From an archaeon (GTDB taxonomy: Archaea > SpSt-1190 > DYHY01): a stretch of DNA of 64,000 bases. Of the stretch, positions 51,758 through 61,594 are shown piece after piece (the stretch's first letter is position 1; each line of letters starts with the position of its first letter). The translations under genes were made by a program, and so were the position numbers. The stretch is from assembly GCA_037442745.1 (NCBI GenBank), contig JBBIPP010000010.1:49-64048 (forward strand), in the 5' to 3' direction. The notes under the pieces were generated by a model. That model was not told the origin of the DNA, did no database searches, and saw only the letters and a list, made by a program, of their open reading frames with translations.

Positions 51758-52618
51758 ATGTCGACAAGAAGGATTTCTTCCCCGCGGTTCGGTCCCGCAG
51801 GTGTTCCCCCCTCGTGCTCGAGCATCCTTGAGGCAGTGTCCCATGTCAGGAAAATGGGGCTCTTGGCCCTGGAAATGGAGTTCGTCCGGGGGGTTAAAAT
51901 GGGGGAGAAATTGGCGGGTGAAATCGGCGCCCTTGCAAAAAAAGAGGGAATTTCCCTCTCCTGCCACGCACCATACTGGATAAACTGCTCCGCCTTGGAG
52001 GAAATCAAAATTAAGAATTCAACAAGGCACCTGACTGACTGCGTGAAAGTCGGGGAAGGTCTTGGGGACCAGAGGTTTGTCATAGTCTTCCACCCGGGTT
52101 TCTATCTGGGCCAATCGTCAGAGATCGCCGGAAAGAAGGTGCGGGAGACAATTAAGCACGTTGTTTCGGAAATCAAGGAGCGCTCTCTGAAGAACGTTGT
52201 CCTCGGAATGGAGACAACCGGAAAGCAGCTCCAGTTCGGGACTCTTGAAGAAATTCTCCCAATTTGCTCCGAACTAGATTCTACAGTCCCGGTAGTTGAT
52301 TTCGCTCACCTCCATGCCCGCTCCAAAGGGGCGATGAAAACGGAGAGCGACTATCTGGCCGTCTTTGAGAAAATAGAGAAAGCTCTCGGGAAAAAGGCGG
52401 CGGAGAACCTCCACTGCCACTTTTCCGAACTGAATTTCGACCCAATAAAGGGGAACGAGAAGAACCACGTCCCCTTGGGGACTGGCCCGGGTCCGGATTT
52501 CCTCCCACTGGCGAAGGTTATTGCAAGGAACGGCTTCTCCCCGACCATCATCTGCGAATCCCCTCTCCTTGACAAAGACGCCCTGAGAATGAAGGCTATT
52601 TTCGAGAGTGTTTCATAA
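51758..52618 (+). CDS. nfo: Endonuclease IV / AP endonuclease 2 family
   Basis: E.EFVRG, HAPY.IN, FHPG, ETTGK..QFG, DFAHLHAR, H.HFS, ICESP. Confidence 0.9.
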   Translation: MSTRRISSPRFGPAGVPPSCSSILEAVSHVRKMGLLALEMEFVRGVKMGEKLAGEIGALAKKEGISLSCHAPYWINCSALEEIKIKNSTRHLTDCVKVGEGLGDQRFVIVFHPGFYLGQSSEIAGKKVRETIKHVVSEIKERSLKNVVLGMETTGKQLQFGTLEEILPICSELDSTVPVVDFAHLHARSKGAMKTESDYLAVFEKIEKALGKKAAENLHCHFSELNFDPIKGNEKNHVPLGTGPGPDFLPLAKVIARNGFSPTIICESPLLDKDALRMKAIFESVS

Positions 52619-52619
52619 G

Positions 52620-53171
52620 ATGGAAACAATTGTTGTTTCAATTGGGACGAAAAATCCGGTGAAAATTCTCGGAATTAAGAGAGCATTCAGAAAGGCCTTT
52701 CCCGGAAAAAAATTCTCGTTTGTTCCCGTTTCGGCAGAGTCTGGCGTAGGAGACAGTCCGAAAGGGAGGGAGACTTTTGTTGGCGCAAAAGTCCGGGCGG
52801 AAAATTCCCTCCAATTGGTTCCCGGCGCTGACTATGGCGTCGGAGTCGAGGGGGGCCTTCGGGACTGCGGCCCGGATTTCGGGTGGTTCGTCGAGGGGGT
52901 TGTGGCGGTTTCGGACAAAAGGGGGAGGACAACCTACGGGATTTCTGGGGGAGTTACTGTCCCGAAAGCAATAATGGACAAGTTCCTCTCGGGGCGCGAG
53001 GAATTGGGGAAAGTCGTTGATTCTGTTTTCAGGACGAAGAATATCAAGCAGGGCCCCGGGCTCTCCGGGATTATGTCTGGGGGCAAGTTCCCTAGGGAAG
53101 AAAAGATCTTCGAGGCCTGCCTCTTTGCCCTGGAATCGGAAAAAGTCCTCCGGAAACTGGGAGAAATCTGA
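52620..53171 (+). CDS. yjjX: Non-canonical purine NTP phosphatase (YjjX/DUF84 family)
   Basis: GT.NPVK, SGV...P, GA..RA, GVEGG, ELG. Confidence 0.88.
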   Translation: METIVVSIGTKNPVKILGIKRAFRKAFPGKKFSFVPVSAESGVGDSPKGRETFVGAKVRAENSLQLVPGADYGVGVEGGLRDCGPDFGWFVEGVVAVSDKRGRTTYGISGGVTVPKAIMDKFLSGREELGKVVDSVFRTKNIKQGPGLSGIMSGGKFPREEKIFEACLFALESEKVLRKLGEI

Positions 53172-53214
53172 AATGTCCGCTAGTATTATTAATAGCACGC
53201 GCGCCCCTTTCTGA

Positions 53215-53718
53215 ATGGATTCTGACAAGCCCCCGGCCGGACATTCCCGGCCATCCTGGGACGAGTATTTCCTTAGCCTAGTTGACACAGTCTCCCTTCG
53301 GGCTACCTGCGATAGGGGGAAATCCGGCTGCGTTATTGTGAAAGACAAGCGGATAATATCAACTGGATATGTTGGTAGCCCTCCGGGAACGCCCCACTGC
53401 GACAACGAGGGCCATATGTTCGCAAAGGCATTGGAAGAGGACGGAACAGTGAAAAGCCACTGCATCCGGACAACGCACGCGGAGCAGAACGCAATTTGCC
53501 AAGCTGCGAAAGCCGGGGTTTCAATTAACGGGGGGACTCTCTACTGCACAATGACCCCCTGCTTTGTCTGCGCAAAGCTCCTTGTCACCTGCGGAATTCT
53601 CAGAGTTGTGGCAAAGAAAGACTACCACGCGTCCGCTCTCTCAAAGGATCTCTTCAGGAATGCTGGGGTGAATCTCGAAATAATCAACCCGGAGATCGTG
53701 AAATACGAAAGGCAATAG
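53215..53718 (+). CDS. dCMP deaminase family protein
   Basis: RPSWDEYF, R.TC.R, HAEQNAI, PCFVC. Confidence 0.93.
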   Translation: MDSDKPPAGHSRPSWDEYFLSLVDTVSLRATCDRGKSGCVIVKDKRIISTGYVGSPPGTPHCDNEGHMFAKALEEDGTVKSHCIRTTHAEQNAICQAAKAGVSINGGTLYCTMTPCFVCAKLLVTCGILRVVAKKDYHASALSKDLFRNAGVNLEIINPEIVKYERQ

Positions 53719-53723
53719 AGAAA

Positions 53724-53846
53724 ATGGATAGGAAAGACTTTTTCGGACTAATTTTCCTTGTCCTCCTCGTTGGTCTCATTCTCGCATACGCTTTCATAAT
53801 GGGAATAGGAAGGCTGATTGCCTTTCTCCTGAGCATTTTCAGGTGA
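53724..53846 (+). CDS. Small (40 aa) membrane peptide
   Basis: MDRKDFFGLIFLVLLVGLILAYAFIMGIGRLIAFLLSIFR; ATG 5 nt after the deaminase stop; below the ORF-track cutoff. Confidence 0.55.
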   Translation: MDRKDFFGLIFLVLLVGLILAYAFIMGIGRLIAFLLSIFR

Positions 53847-54195
53847 ATGCGACGGGAAACTTAAATAAGAAAGAAATTTTTTGTTTTGTTTGGTTTGTCT
53901 TTCTTTTGATGATTCCTTTTTTCCGATATCCTTTTTCTGCATCAATGGAGTAATCGCACACATATTTTACCTAACTTCAATTGTTTTGCATGAGAACGCT
54001 CACAAACAAGCCGATTTGAAACACAAAATACGCATTTTATCAAAAAATCAAGCGATCCGGGACCGTTATGTAAAAACAATTTCGCCCCTAACTTTCAGAG
54101 GAATTAGTTGTTTTCCATTGGTTATAAAACCGCCTTGACAGGAACTATTTTGATGTTAATTATAACCTCTTTGATCTTTCTTCCCGGTTCAGACA

Positions 54196-54600
54196 TTAAC
54201 CTTGTGAAAAAATATTTGTAGTCCAAGTTCTGAAGCCAAGTCTCTCGCCCCTCTTCAACCGGATTTTATCCGAGCACTCCAAAATCCATTTCGCCCCGCC
54301 CCTATTTGGATAATACACTTTCCAGCTCGCCGGTTTGAAAAGCTCCGCAGGAACCGCCCTGACCGAATCAATCACTTTTCCAGATGAATCTAGCCAGGCA
54401 ACGGTTATTGGGAAAAAGCACCAGTGCATGTGTATCCCCAGAAATTCCCTAGGAAGCTCCCTGTCGAAAGAGAATAGCAGGCACTCGTCTTTCCCAAATG
54501 GTCTCTTCCGAAACATTATTCCAAGGCCCTTGGAGAATGTGTCCGAACACACCTTGACTCTGGCGAAAAGGGGTTTTTTGCCCCGGAGGATTTTTGTCAT
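54196..54600 (-). CDS. DUF192 family protein
   Basis: GLGIMFR, LLF.F, IHM..CFFPI.V.WLD..G.V, ILE. Confidence 0.85.
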   Translation of the reverse strand: MTKILRGKKPLFARVKVCSDTFSKGLGIMFRKRPFGKDECLLFSFDRELPREFLGIHMHWCFFPITVAWLDSSGKVIDSVRAVPAELFKPASWKVYYPNRGGAKWILECSDKIRLKRGERLGFRTWTTNIFSQG

Positions 54601-55145
54601 TCCTTCCTTCCAGCTTTCCCTCCATTAATAAAAATGTTCTTCCCCCTTTCGGCAACAATTGTCTCCCCGTCCTCCACATCCTCAAGAACAAGAGCCAACG
54701 CCCCTATTTTCGCATTATTCCCTATTTTTACTGGCCCAAGAACTGTCGCGCCAACACCGAGAATGACATTGTCCCCGACAGTAGGGTGCCTCTTTTTCCC
54801 TTTCTCGTCCCTCCACCATCCCCGCCCGCCCAAAGTAACCTGGTGGTACATCATTACGTTCTCCCCGATTTCCGCAGTCTCTCCAATAACAACCCCTATT
54901 GCATGGTCAATGAAGAAGCCCCCTCCGATTTTCGCTCCCGGATGTATTTCAGCTCCTGTGAGGAACCTCCCGAAATAGGAGAGCGCCCTCGGAAGCAGAG
55001 GAATTCCAAGCCTCCAGAGGAAATTCGAAGCCCTGTATATCAAGATTGCCTGAACTCCCGGATAGAAAAACACCTCAAGGAAAGACAATCCTCCCCGAAG
55101 GGCAGGGTCTTTTCTGTATGCAGTCTTTATTGTGTCAAGAACCAT
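54597..55145 (-). CDS. cysE: Serine O-acetyltransferase
   Basis: DPA, YPG..A, TG.EIHPGA.IG, FIDH..GVVIGETA, VTLGG, KRHPT. Confidence 0.95.
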   Translation of the reverse strand: MVLDTIKTAYRKDPALRGGLSFLEVFFYPGVQAILIYRASNFLWRLGIPLLPRALSYFGRFLTGAEIHPGAKIGGGFFIDHAIGVVIGETAEIGENVMMYHQVTLGGRGWWRDEKGKKRHPTVGDNVILGVGATVLGPVKIGNNAKIGALALVLEDVEDGETIVAERGKNIFINGGKAGRKE

Positions 55146-55153
55146 TTTTCAAT

Positions 55154-56059
55154 TCACCCGAAAACCCCAGTCGGCAGATAGCGCTCACCAGTGTCCAGAA
55201 GAAGTACCACAATTCTCTTTCCTTTCCCAAGCTCCCGTGCAACCTCTCTTGCAACGAAGAGCGCGGCCCCTGAAGAAATTCCGGCAAGGATTCCATCAGT
55301 TTTCGGAAGCGCTCTCGCTTCAGAAATCGCATCCTCGTTTCTTACCAGGACAATCCTGTCAATAATTCCCCTGTCAAGAATTTTCGGGACAAACCCTGCC
55401 CCAATCCCTTGTATTTTGTGGGGCCTAGGAGCTTCTCCAGAGAGGACTGCCGAAGAGTCCGGCTCCGCTCCGACAACAAGCGTTCTCTGGCTAATTTCCT
55501 TCAGCTTCCGCCCAACTCCGGTTATTGTCCCCCCAGTCCCGATTCCAGCAACGAACGCATCAGGGACGAATTCTGAAACTATTTCCTGATTAGTCTCCTC
55601 ATACACTTTCAGGTTCGCCGGGTTCTCAAACTGCCGGGGCACGAATGCGCCCAGTTCCGCAGAAATCTCCCCGGCTTTTTCAATCGCCCACTTCATTCCG
55701 AGCGTCCCCGGAGTTAGGACAAGTTCAGCCCCGTATGCGAGGAGTATCTGCCTCCTCTCAATGCTAATAGTTTCCAGCATTGTGAGAATTACCCGGTATC
55801 CGAGAGTAGCCCCAATCATTGCGAGGCCAATTCCGGTGTTCCCGCTAGTTGGTTCAACTATTGTCCCACTTTTCAGCAGTTTTTCGTTTCTTTCAGCGTC
55901 AAGAATTGTTCCGAGGGCAATCCTGTCATTTACCGACCCGCCCGGGTTCATCGATTCTGGTTTTCCGAAAATCCCGGCGGAGCAAGAGTCAGTCCTCATT
56001 CTCACAAGTGGGGCATTCCAAATCAATCCCATAGCTTTCTCATACATCATTTTTTTCAT
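55154..56059 (-). CDS. cysK: Cysteine synthase A, probably inactive (PLP Lys replaced by Asn)
   Basis: NPGGSVNDR (normally SVKDR), EPTSGNTGIGLA, QFENPAN, GIGTGGT, HKIQGIG, GISSGA, DTGERYL. Confidence 0.88.
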   Translation of the reverse strand: MKKMMYEKAMGLIWNAPLVRMRTDSCSAGIFGKPESMNPGGSVNDRIALGTILDAERNEKLLKSGTIVEPTSGNTGIGLAMIGATLGYRVILTMLETISIERRQILLAYGAELVLTPGTLGMKWAIEKAGEISAELGAFVPRQFENPANLKVYEETNQEIVSEFVPDAFVAGIGTGGTITGVGRKLKEISQRTLVVGAEPDSSAVLSGEAPRPHKIQGIGAGFVPKILDRGIIDRIVLVRNEDAISEARALPKTDGILAGISSGAALFVAREVARELGKGKRIVVLLLDTGERYLPTGVFG

Positions 56060-56315
56060 TACCTTCTGTCTGTCTTTTGTCAGAAAAATATTGCTGTCGA
56101 AAATTCTAGTCCGTTCCGGTTTATTGTCACAATTAATCCGGCGGGGGGCTTTTCGCGCCTAACAGCAAGGACAGGCGGGGAAGGAGAAGAGAATGTCCGA
56201 ATTCCCGCCGATTTCCATTGCCAACTAATCACAATCCCCCTTTATTAGCTTTGCCGGAAACCTATCCTAAAAGCCCCCCTAAAACAATATATAACAAGCC
56301 GGATTCCCAACCGGA

Positions 56316-58709
56316 ATGGCGAAGCAATCGGACAGGTCAAAGGAGCTTATTTTGTGGTTTGAGGATTTGAGGAAGGACGACATCCCTCTTGTCGGGGGAA
56401 AGAACGCGAACCTCGGGGAAATGATTTCCTCAGGAATTCCGGTTCCGGGCGGGTTTGCAGTGACCGCATATGCCTACAAGAAATTCATAACTGACACAGG
56501 CATTGCCGAGAAAATCTACGAACTTTTGAGGAAGACTGATGTCAATAACGCCGATGCCCTGACAAAGGCATGCGCCAAAATGCGCGCCCTTATTGAGGAT
56601 GCGGAAATGCCAAAGGAAATCGAGGAGGCGGTAAAAGAGAGCTACAAACAGCTCTCGAAGAAATACAAGTCCCCCGAACTTTTCGTTGCAGTAAGGTCGT
56701 CTGCTACTGCAGAAGACCTCCCGGACGCCTCTTTTGCCGGCCAGCAGGAGACTTTTCTCAACGTCAGGGGGGAAAAAGACCTCCTTCTCTATACTAAAAA
56801 GTGCTGGTCATCCCTCTTCACTCCGAGGGCAACTTTCTACAGGAACGACAAGGGGTTCAGGCACGAAGACGTCCTCCTCTCAGTCGCTGTCCAGAAAATG
56901 GTCAATTCTAGGTCAGCGGGAGTAATGTTCACCTTGGACATCTCGACTGGCGAACCTGATGTGATAATAATCGAATCTAACTGGGGCTTGGGAGAGGCGG
57001 TAGTCTCCGGCGCAGTGACTCCGGATAGCTTCCATGTGAACGAGAGAACTCTCCAGATAATTGACAGGCATTTGGCAGTAAAACACATTGAATACATCAG
57101 GGACCCGAAATCAGGGGGAGTAATCCATTCCCGGGTTCCGGATGACCGGCAAAATATCCAATCAATTACTGACGAGGAGATTGTCCGGATTGCCGAACTC
57201 GGAAAACTGGTTGAAAATCACTATGGCAGGGAAATGGACATTGAATGGGCTGTTGACAGGGACCTGAAGTTCCCGGAATCGGTTTTCCTTGTCCAGGCAA
57301 GGGCCGAGACAGTCTGGAGCAAGAAAGGCAAAGAGGCTCCGGCCTCCGCAGTCCCCGAGACTACGGAGCGAAAAGTTGTTGCCAAGGGAATGGCCGCATC
57401 CCCAGGAAACGCTGTCGGGATTGCGAAAATAATCCCCAATGTCGAGCAAATTGACCTTGTAAAGGAAGGCGACCTCCTTGTGACGAGCATGACAACTCCC
57501 GACTGGGTCCCTGCAATGAGGAAAGCCTGCGCAATAGTTACTGAGGAAGGAGGAGCGACTTGCCATGCGGCAATTGTCTCAAGGGAACTAGGAATTCCTT
57601 GCGTTGTCGGGACAGGAAACGCAATGAAAGTAATGAAAGACGGCTCCTTCTACACAGTTGACGGGAAAGCAGGGGTTGTCTATTATGGAAAATTGGCTGA
57701 GAAGAAATCGACAGAGAAGACTGCATATGAAAGGGGAACTGCGGTAATTGCCGAGAGCTTCACCCCCACTGCAACCAAAATCTACATGAATCTCGGGATT
57801 CCTGAGAAAATAGAGGATTATGGCAACCTGCCATTTGACGGAATAGGCCTAATGCGCCTCGAGTTCATTATTGCGACATATGTCAAGGCGCACCCAATGG
57901 ACTTGATTGCCCAAGGGAAGGGCGGGCAATATGTCGAAAAATTGGCGGAGGGAATAGGAACTGTCGCGAAAGCAATTAACCCGAGGCCCGTAGTTATCCG
58001 CTTCTCTGACTTCAAGACGAACGAGTACAAGGACCTCCCGGGAGGCGAGAAATACGAGCCGAAAGAGGACAACCCAATGATTGGCTGGAGGGGCGTCTCC
58101 CGCTACATATCGCCCGGGTTCGACAAGGCGTTCCGGCTAGAATGCCAGGCAATAAAGAAATGCAGGGAGGAGTTCGGGCTGAAGAACGTCTGGGTAATGC
58201 TTCCCTTTGTCCGAACTGAGTGGGAAGTGAAAAAAGCCCTCGCAATAATGGCGGAGGAGGGCCTTGAGAAGAACAAGGATTTCAAGGTCTGGGCAATGGC
58301 CGAAGTTCCCTCAATCGTCTTCCAGGCGGACAGGTTCTACCAGTATTTCGACGGGTTCTCAATTGGGAGCAACGATCTCACGCAGTTGACAATCGGAGCC
58401 GACAGGGATTCAGAGATCCTCGGAAAAATGGGATATGCTGACGAGCGGGACCCGGCGGTTGTCGAGGCAATAAGGCAATTGATTGTTGCTGCGCACCGAA
58501 ACAGAAAGACAATTTCCATTTGCGGGCAGGCTCCGTCCAACATGCCTGATTTCGTCGAGTTCTTGGTAAAAGAAGGGATAACGTCCGTCTCAGTAAATCC
58601 GGACGCTGTTGTCGCAACAAGGAAGCTTGTCGCATCAATTGAGAAGAAGGTAATGCTCGAGCGCTTGAGGAAGCTCTCGGAACAAGGGCACGGGTGTTGC
58701 CACAGGTAA
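56316..58709 (+). CDS. ppsA: Phosphoenolpyruvate synthase
   Basis: GGKNANLGE, VRSSATAED, SFAGQQET, TCHAAIVSRELG, ENPM-like DNPMIGWRG, SIGSNDLTQ, ICGQAPS. Confidence 0.97.
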   Translation: MAKQSDRSKELILWFEDLRKDDIPLVGGKNANLGEMISSGIPVPGGFAVTAYAYKKFITDTGIAEKIYELLRKTDVNNADALTKACAKMRALIEDAEMPKEIEEAVKESYKQLSKKYKSPELFVAVRSSATAEDLPDASFAGQQETFLNVRGEKDLLLYTKKCWSSLFTPRATFYRNDKGFRHEDVLLSVAVQKMVNSRSAGVMFTLDISTGEPDVIIIESNWGLGEAVVSGAVTPDSFHVNERTLQIIDRHLAVKHIEYIRDPKSGGVIHSRVPDDRQNIQSITDEEIVRIAELGKLVENHYGREMDIEWAVDRDLKFPESVFLVQARAETVWSKKGKEAPASAVPETTERKVVAKGMAASPGNAVGIAKIIPNVEQIDLVKEGDLLVTSMTTPDWVPAMRKACAIVTEEGGATCHAAIVSRELGIPCVVGTGNAMKVMKDGSFYTVDGKAGVVYYGKLAEKKSTEKTAYERGTAVIAESFTPTATKIYMNLGIPEKIEDYGNLPFDGIGLMRLEFIIATYVKAHPMDLIAQGKGGQYVEKLAEGIGTVAKAINPRPVVIRFSDFKTNEYKDLPGGEKYEPKEDNPMIGWRGVSRYISPGFDKAFRLECQAIKKCREEFGLKNVWVMLPFVRTEWEVKKALAIMAEEGLEKNKDFKVWAMAEVPSIVFQADRFYQYFDGFSIGSNDLTQLTIGADRDSEILGKMGYADERDPAVVEAIRQLIVAAHRNRKTISICGQAPSNMPDFVEFLVKEGITSVSVNPDAVVATRKLVASIEKKVMLERLRKLSEQGHGCCHR

Positions 58710-58729
58710 GCTCTCTTGCGGGAAAGGGA

Positions 58730-59270
58730 CCGTGGATTAAACTCCCCGGCAATTTCTTTTATTTTTAGAGACAAATCCAATCTATTTTTGCATTCTTCTT
58801 CTTCTTCTTCTTCTTCTTCTTCTTCTTCTTCTTGGATTGTGTTTATTTCGAATAAGCGCATATCCGTATCTTTGTGGGGCTTTCCATTCCTACCCGGTTT
58901 TTTCAACCACGCTTTATGCGTTCTAGAAACATATTCCGAAACTTCTGCACTTGGAACAACGAAGAACTCGTCCTTTTTTCCCTCGCACAAATCAACAAAA
59001 ACGTAAAAGAGGTTTTTGAAATTCCTAGTTTCGTCCTTTTTCGACATTATCCAACTATGTTTGAATGAATTGCTTTCTTTAGCTTTTGCGGAACTCGTCT
59101 TTACTTGAATCGAAACTGCTTTTCCCTGTATATTGGCTGCCAAAACGTCTATTCCTTCGGCATTTCTTGAGGTAACTGTTGCTATTATGTTCCTTTTGGA
59201 AAGTTCCGCAGCAACAAGGTAGACGCCGACTTGCCCCACAATTCCCTTTCCAAGAGAATATTTTGCAATT
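58730..59270 (-). pseudogene. PD-(D/E)XK nuclease-like gene, probably disrupted, with poly-Glu tract
   Basis: YLVAAEL, GIDVL.....SIQVK, FYVFVDL, FFVVPS; ATT where a start is expected after the tmk stop; frame runs on antisense into ppsA. Confidence 0.6.
58793..58831. repeat. Perfect trinucleotide microsatellite (TTC)13 / (GAA)13
   Basis: Read directly from the sequence; encodes E13. Confidence 0.95.
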
Positions 59271-59274
59271 CTTT

Positions 59275-59952
59275 TCAGGCCTTCCCAGAAACCTTCTCCC
59301 AGACTAGCCACGAAATCTCCTCAATCCCCAAAAGCTTCCCTTCAGGCGCGCAGTTGACAACAGTCCAGCCGAATTTCTCCGCGCAGTAGAGATATGCTTC
59401 AGAAGCCTTTTTCAGGTGGACGAGATCCACCTCATGAATGTCCTTTGTTTTCCCGCCCTCAATATACTCCCTCATTTTCTTCCGCTCAACGAGCTTCTGC
59501 CCTATTTCCGGGGGGAGATTGAGGAGAATTACTTGGTCGGGCCGGGGAATCCCGAATATCTCGAACTCGAGGTTCTCGACCCAGGAGAGGAATCTGTCGC
59601 GCTTCTCCCGCCCCTCAATTTTCCCCGTCTGATGCCCCATGTTCGATGAGGCATACCTGTTCGAGACAATGGTTTTACCTTCCGAGAGCGCCTTCCTGAT
59701 TTCAAAAGACGCGGCAAACCTGTCGACTGCGTAGAAAATCGACGCCCTATATGGCCCGACCTCGTCAGAAGTTCCGTATTTCCCGTTCAGATACTCTTCA
59801 ACCGGCCCAGCGCTCTTCTTCCCGTACTGGGGGAAATCGAAAACAACAACATCTGCGCCCTGCTTTTTCAGCCGGTCAATCAGGATCCTCGTCTGGGTCG
59901 CCTTTCCAGTCCCGTCAGTCCCGTCAATTACAATGAATTTCCCAGAACCCAT
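59275..59952 (-). CDS. tmk: Thymidylate kinase
   Basis: IDGTDGTGKATQ, DFPQY, YAVDR, NRY..SN..HQ, PD..I.L, DIHE. Confidence 0.9.
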   Translation of the reverse strand: MGSGKFIVIDGTDGTGKATQTRILIDRLKKQGADVVVFDFPQYGKKSAGPVEEYLNGKYGTSDEVGPYRASIFYAVDRFAASFEIRKALSEGKTIVSNRYASSNMGHQTGKIEGREKRDRFLSWVENLEFEIFGIPRPDQVILLNLPPEIGQKLVERKKMREYIEGGKTKDIHEVDLVHLKKASEAYLYCAEKFGWTVVNCAPEGKLLGIEEISWLVWEKVSGKA

Positions 59953-60011
59953 CTTCCGGTTACCCCTTTCAATACCTTAATAAACTTTGGGCTGGCAAGT
60001 CTCCAAGAAGA

Positions 60012-60602
60012 ATGGGTTTGATTGAAAAGCTTTCGGCAGTTCTCCTCATCCTAATCTTCATCCTAGACCCCCTTCCGGGCATTGCGACTGGGAAAATAGC
60101 AATTGAAAAGTCAGCTCCCAAGGGAATTGATGTCGGCGCCAAGGGAATGGTTGTCCTGGAAATAACCGCAAATCAGTCAGTCTCCTCCCTCGACATCGTG
60201 GAATCAATCCCACTCTCCCTTTCTTTCGAGGAGTGGTCAATTTCCGGCTATGACCCGGCAATGGTCGCCTTTGAGGAGAGGATTGACGGAAGCCTGATGA
60301 AGCGGAGATGGGCTTTCCGCCAGGGCTTCTCGCCCGGCGAGCGTTCGACCCTCACTTATTTCTTTTCCTCCCAAACGGAGGGCGAATTCAACCTCTCGAC
60401 CCTCTACATATACCCATCGTCCTTCGAGAGGGTTGAATCAATTGTCAAGGTCAGCGAGAACCGCCCGCTCGTCTTCGTCTTCGTTTTGGGGTCCCTAATT
60501 CTCCTCCTTTCCCTCTATCTGACCCATCGGTCGAAGAAAGGGGAGAGGAAGCTCTTTTCATTTGTCGGGAAACTTTTGAAGAAGAAAAAGCAAATGGAGT
60601 GA
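60012..60602 (+). CDS. Secreted/membrane-anchored Ig-like protein
   Basis: Signal peptide, beta-rich core, C-terminal TM helix and basic tail. Confidence 0.65.
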   Translation: MGLIEKLSAVLLILIFILDPLPGIATGKIAIEKSAPKGIDVGAKGMVVLEITANQSVSSLDIVESIPLSLSFEEWSISGYDPAMVAFEERIDGSLMKRRWAFRQGFSPGERSTLTYFFSSQTEGEFNLSTLYIYPSSFERVESIVKVSENRPLVFVFVLGSLILLLSLYLTHRSKKGERKLFSFVGKLLKKKKQME

Positions 60603-60756
60603 AACCCTTTGCCGGGCTGAAAAGCCCCGCACTTTGGGTCAAGCCTTTCGTAAAGGGTTGTGAAAAAGCAAATGGAGTGAAACCCTTTGCCGGGCTGAAA
60701 AGCCCCGCACTTTGGGTCAAGCCTTTCGTAAAGGGTTGTGAAAAAGCAAATGGAGT
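60584..60756. repeat. Perfect 78-bp tandem repeat (2 copies + 17-bp third start) containing a two-hairpin element
   Basis: gaaaaagcaaatggagt at 60584, 60662 and 60740 flanking two identical 61-bp palindromic inserts. Confidence 0.95.
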
Positions 60757-60759
60757 TAA

Positions 60760-61356
60760 TTAGTCTTCCAGGACGGCTCTTCCGTCAACTGCAACAAGCC
60801 TTCCCCCGGAAGTGCAGATTAGTGGATTGACGTCAAGTTCGATAATTTTCTTCTCGTTCGCAAGCTCTCCCAAGGCAGAAATCGCCCTTGCAAGGGCTTT
60901 CCTGTCAATTGCGGGCTTCCCCCGGAAGCCGTCTAGTATTTTCTGCGCCTTCAAGGATGCGAGCATTCTCTCAGCGTCCGCTTCCGACACTGGAAATACG
61001 CCTGTGGAGACGTCAGAATACGCCTCTGCAAGAGTCCCCCCGATTCCGACGAGGACAACTGTTCCGAACACCTGATCGCGTTTGGCGCCCAAAATCAGCT
61101 CTGTCCCGGAGATTTTCTCCTGAATTATCGCCTTCTCCGGCAATATTTTCAGGAGAGCTTCTTTCAGTTCCGCGGAATTTCTGACTTCAATAACTAGGCC
61201 CTTCTCCGACTTGTGGCCGGAAGTGTCGGGTTTCACAAAAACCGGAAAAGACCTGACCGAACTTTCCCCAAAAATTGTCGGCTGCGAAATTCCGGTCATC
61301 CCGTTGCAAACGAGAGCTAGTGTTTCCGAGACTGGTAGCGTCCTCATCAACCGCAT
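60760..61356 (-). CDS. Acetate--CoA ligase (ADP-forming) beta subunit, ATP-grasp domain
   Basis: FPV.VK....HKSEKGLV, QE...G.ELILG.KRD..FG.V..VG.GG..AE...D, ELDVNPL, AVD.R. Confidence 0.88.
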   Translation of the reverse strand: MRLMRTLPVSETLALVCNGMTGISQPTIFGESSVRSFPVFVKPDTSGHKSEKGLVIEVRNSAELKEALLKILPEKAIIQEKISGTELILGAKRDQVFGTVVLVGIGGTLAEAYSDVSTGVFPVSEADAERMLASLKAQKILDGFRGKPAIDRKALARAISALGELANEKKIIELDVNPLICTSGGRLVAVDGRAVLED

Positions 61357-61552
61357 TTTTCCGTCCCTAGTTTTATTCTTTTCCTTCGGTTCCCCTCCAG
61401 TTCCAGCGATTTCCCTTCAAGCCCCAATCATTTGTTTCAAATAAAACAAAAGTGTTTTATTTTGTCTGTTTCAATCCGATATGAATTTATATCAGAGCAG
61501 TCAAATTGATTTCAATTGACGCTTCGCGCGAAGAAAGGTGGTGACAAGACAA

Positions 61553-61594
61553 ATGGCAACAAAGAAAAAGGCAAAAAAGGTCAAAAAAAAGTAA
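61553..61594 (+). CDS. Lys-rich micro-ORF MATKKKAKKVKKK
   Basis: SD-like aggtggtga upstream, TATA-like tttata at ~61486, T-run directly after the stop. Confidence 0.5.
   Translation: MATKKKAKKVKKK

Noticed and set aside
58337-59311. 324-aa ORF as listed, overlapping ppsA by ~370 bp
   Set aside because: The C-terminal third is antisense read-through of ppsA; only the nuclease-like part is credible.
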